Assembly: GCA_038231435.1 (NCBI GenBank)
Contig: JBBRLJ010000044.1
Location: forward strand, 1-41,891
Length of the DNA: 41,891 nt
DNA from: Planctomycetota bacterium
Lineage (GTDB): Bacteria; Planctomycetota; UBA11346
Direction of reading: 5' to 3'
Numbering within the stretch: position 1 is the first letter of the stretch; every line of letters begins with the position of its first letter. Positions 37,381 through 41,891 of this stretch are shown here, piece after piece. The translations under genes were made by a program, and so were the position numbers. Below the pieces are notes generated by a model. That model made no database searches. It worked only from the letters and a program-made list of their open reading frames with translations, and was not told where the DNA came from.

Positions 37381-38634
37381 TTAGTAGACGAAGCCGAGTT
37401 CGAGGGAGACGATGTCGCGGGTGAAATCGTTCTGGGTCTTGGACTTGCTGTTGGTGTAGGTGTTCTTCAGGCGCAGGCCGATGCCGCGGTGCAGGATGTA
37501 TTCCGCGCCGACGGTGATTTCCTCGGTGGTGCGGACCTCGTCGTCGGTCTGGCCGGTGGCGTGGCCGCTGGCGACCAGCTGGTACGCGCCGGCGCTGCCG
37601 AACAGCGCGGCTTTCTCGAGCAGGCGATAGCGCCCATCGAGCGCCGCGCCGTACAGCCAGGCGGCGTTCGAGGTCACGCTCTCCTCGAGGCTCGAGAAGG
37701 CGTGGGCGCCCAGGAAGCTGCCTTCCTCGAAGTTCCAGCGATAGATCAGGTTGCCGATCGGGGCGATGACCGTCTTGTCGTCGTAGGTCTTGTCCTTGCG
37801 GAAGTCGTCGGAATAGGAGCGGTAGGTGGCGCCTGCCTCGGCGATCAGGCCCGAGCGGGTGCCGATCTTGGCTTTGACGCCGAGCAGGCCGCCGTATCCG
37901 GTGCTGTCATTGAAGCCGGGGGCGCCGCTGGCGAGGGTGTTGTTGTCGTAGTCGCGCTTGTCGATGAAGCCGCGGACGTAGAGCTCGGACTGGTCGCCGA
38001 CTTCCTTGCCGACGCGCAGATTGGCGCCGTAGACGTTGTAGTCGCGGTCGTCCTTGCCGAAGGTCGCCGAATCCTCGAGGTAGTTGCGGCGGCTGAAGCT
38101 CAGGCCAGCGCCGATCGAGCCCGAGAATCCGGTGCGCGTACCGTTGAAGGCCGCATCAAAGTCGTCGTGCTTGATCTGCTCGCCCGTGTTGATGAAGGGA
38201 TCGTTGGTGCGCGCGGCAGAGGCGACCGCCGACGCATCCCACAGCTGGGCATCATGCCGGTACGCGAACGTGCCGCGTCCGCCCTGGAGATTGCGGCCGC
38301 TCTGGGAGGCGTAGGCCTCGCCCATGTATTCGGCGCTGACTGTGAGCTTGTCGTGCTCGGCCATCTGCCAGCCGACGTCGACACCAGCGGTGACGCTGTA
38401 GAAGAAATCGTCCTGCTCGTTGGTCTGCGTGGCGTAGACGTTGGTATTGTACGAGACGCCGACCAGGGCCTTCGGGTGAACGGTCACCGCTCCGTCGGGC
38501 GAGGACATGTGCCCCATCGGCTCGATCGCGAAGCCTCCGACCGAGACCTTCTCGGCTTCGCCCTCGGCGGCGAACGCGGAGACGGACATCGCGGCGATGC
38601 CGAGAAGAGTGAGCGAGCGGGGCAAATGGTTCAC
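37381..38634 (-). CDS. Outer-membrane beta-barrel protein (EPS-associated, BBP2-like)
   Basis: Signal peptide after GTG 38634 (RBS GGAGG); GVSYNTNVY..EQDDF start, alternating amphipathic strands, C-terminal beta-signal LELGFVY. Confidence 0.85.
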   Translation of the reverse strand: MNHLPRSLTLLGIAAMSVSAFAAEGEAEKVSVGGFAIEPMGHMSSPDGAVTVHPKALVGVSYNTNVYATQTNEQDDFFYSVTAGVDVGWQMAEHDKLTVSAEYMGEAYASQSGRNLQGGRGTFAYRHDAQLWDASAVASAARTNDPFINTGEQIKHDDFDAAFNGTRTGFSGSIGAGLSFSRRNYLEDSATFGKDDRDYNVYGANLRVGKEVGDQSELYVRGFIDKRDYDNNTLASGAPGFNDSTGYGGLLGVKAKIGTRSGLIAEAGATYRSYSDDFRKDKTYDDKTVIAPIGNLIYRWNFEEGSFLGAHAFSSLEESVTSNAAWLYGAALDGRYRLLEKAALFGSAGAYQLVASGHATGQTDDEVRTTEEITVGAEYILHRGIGLRLKNTYTNSKSKTQNDFTRDIVSLELGFVY

Positions 38635-38921
38635 GCGGCCTCCGGATTCGGTACGACGTGCAGCGGGCACGCAGCGCGAGGTACCAAAGTAACTGTACGA
38701 GGCGGTACCTTGTTGTCCGAACCTTCCCTGTCAATGAGGCAGGTCTCTTACTGTCAGTGTTTTGCATGGTACGAAGGGCGCGGGATGTCGGACCACCCTT
38801 TTCCGAACAAACGCATCGTTTCAGGTGTTGCCCGGAGCCGGGGCCAGAGGGGGGCCACAGGTTGCCAGGTCGGGGTTGCTGGTAAGGTCCAACGCTCACC
38901 GGCGATATAGAGGCGGGAACC

Positions 38922-41384
<2,463 letters not shown>

Positions 41385-41386
41385 TG

Positions 41387-41546
41387 CAGGGGCTCTGCCC
41401 CTACGGCCCTGTCGGGCCTACCCCACGGGCTTTGTCGGGGCTCGATTTCTTCGCTGCGCTGCGAAATCGTGGGCGGATCGGCTGCGCCGATTGTATCCGC
41501 CCACCGCCCCTCGGCGCCCGCCCCATCGCAGTGCGATGGGGCCCCC
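41387..41546 (-). repeat. Family B structured repeat, copy B4
   Basis: Begins 2-3 nt after the gyrA stop; same architecture as B1-B3. Confidence 0.95.
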
Positions 41547-41585
41547 GGAATTGGAGTCCCAATCACGCCGGAGCAAAGAGACCGG

Positions 41586-41891
41586 CCGCCGAGCTCGGGT
41601 TCGGGTGAACAATAACGCAGGCCCACGCAAACGGTTTCGCCGCCGCGGCGAAATCGAGGAGCGACAAAGGGTCGCAGGGGGTTTGGGCACAGCCCCCAAC
41701 TATCCAACCCGAGCGGCCTAAGCCGCGAGCGCCCGCCGAGCTCCGGTTTGGGTGAATAATGGGCGTAGCCCATCACCCAAAATTTTTGGCCGTTCCGGCC
41801 AAAAAGAGGAGCGACAAAGGGTCGTGGGGGTTTGGGGGCGAAGCCCCCGACTATCGGCCCGAGCGGCCAAAGCCGCGAGCGCCCGCCGAGC
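41586..41891 (+). repeat. Tandem array of family A (A4 ~41586-41700, A5 41708-41850, A6 41858 to end, truncated)
   Basis: CGCCGAG core at 41587, 41734 and 41884 (periods 147 and 150); GAGGAGCGACAAAGGGTCG in A4 and A5. Confidence 0.95.

Noticed and set aside
41586..41891. Tandem repeats with variable inserts as a CRISPR array
   Set aside because: Units are 147-186 bp, highly structured and dispersed; the variable parts are self-complementary hairpins rather than spacers; no cas genes in the window.

Overview
High-GC bacterial chromosomal segment. A Planctomycetota/PVC-like origin is inferred from the rpoZ type, the Hanks kinase-FGE fusion, the FHA-DUF4388-like protein and lpxK; it is not proven. 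About 25 credible CDSs: housekeeping genes (ilvD, ilvE, rplM, rpoZ, pyrF, lpxK, dksA-like, htrA/degP, gyrA), an AraC-linked amino-sugar cluster (YdjC deacetylase, GNAT, GH20, facing a large secreted clan GH-A hydrolase), signalling proteins, and an exopolysaccharide export locus (short OPX/Wza, Wzc, O-antigen-ligase/Wzy_C-like protein, PHP phosphatase, OM beta-barrel) with no glycosyltransferases. No tRNA, rRNA, cas, transposase, integrase or reverse transcriptase was recognised. The most striking signal is non-coding. Ten copies (two truncated by the window edges) of a 115-165 bp multi-hairpin element fall into two subfamilies (A on +, B on -) that look unrelated until B is reverse-complemented. 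They then share junction nucleotides (CGCCGAG..GGT..AAT..GAG..CGACAAAG) and compensatory base-pair changes. A third repeat family (C) shares the terminal G-run/C-run hairpin. In seven cases this hairpin lies 2-16 nt downstream of a stop codon in the same polarity, and one array spacer holds a diverged copy of the last codons of ilvD. Both window ends lie inside arrays of the element.
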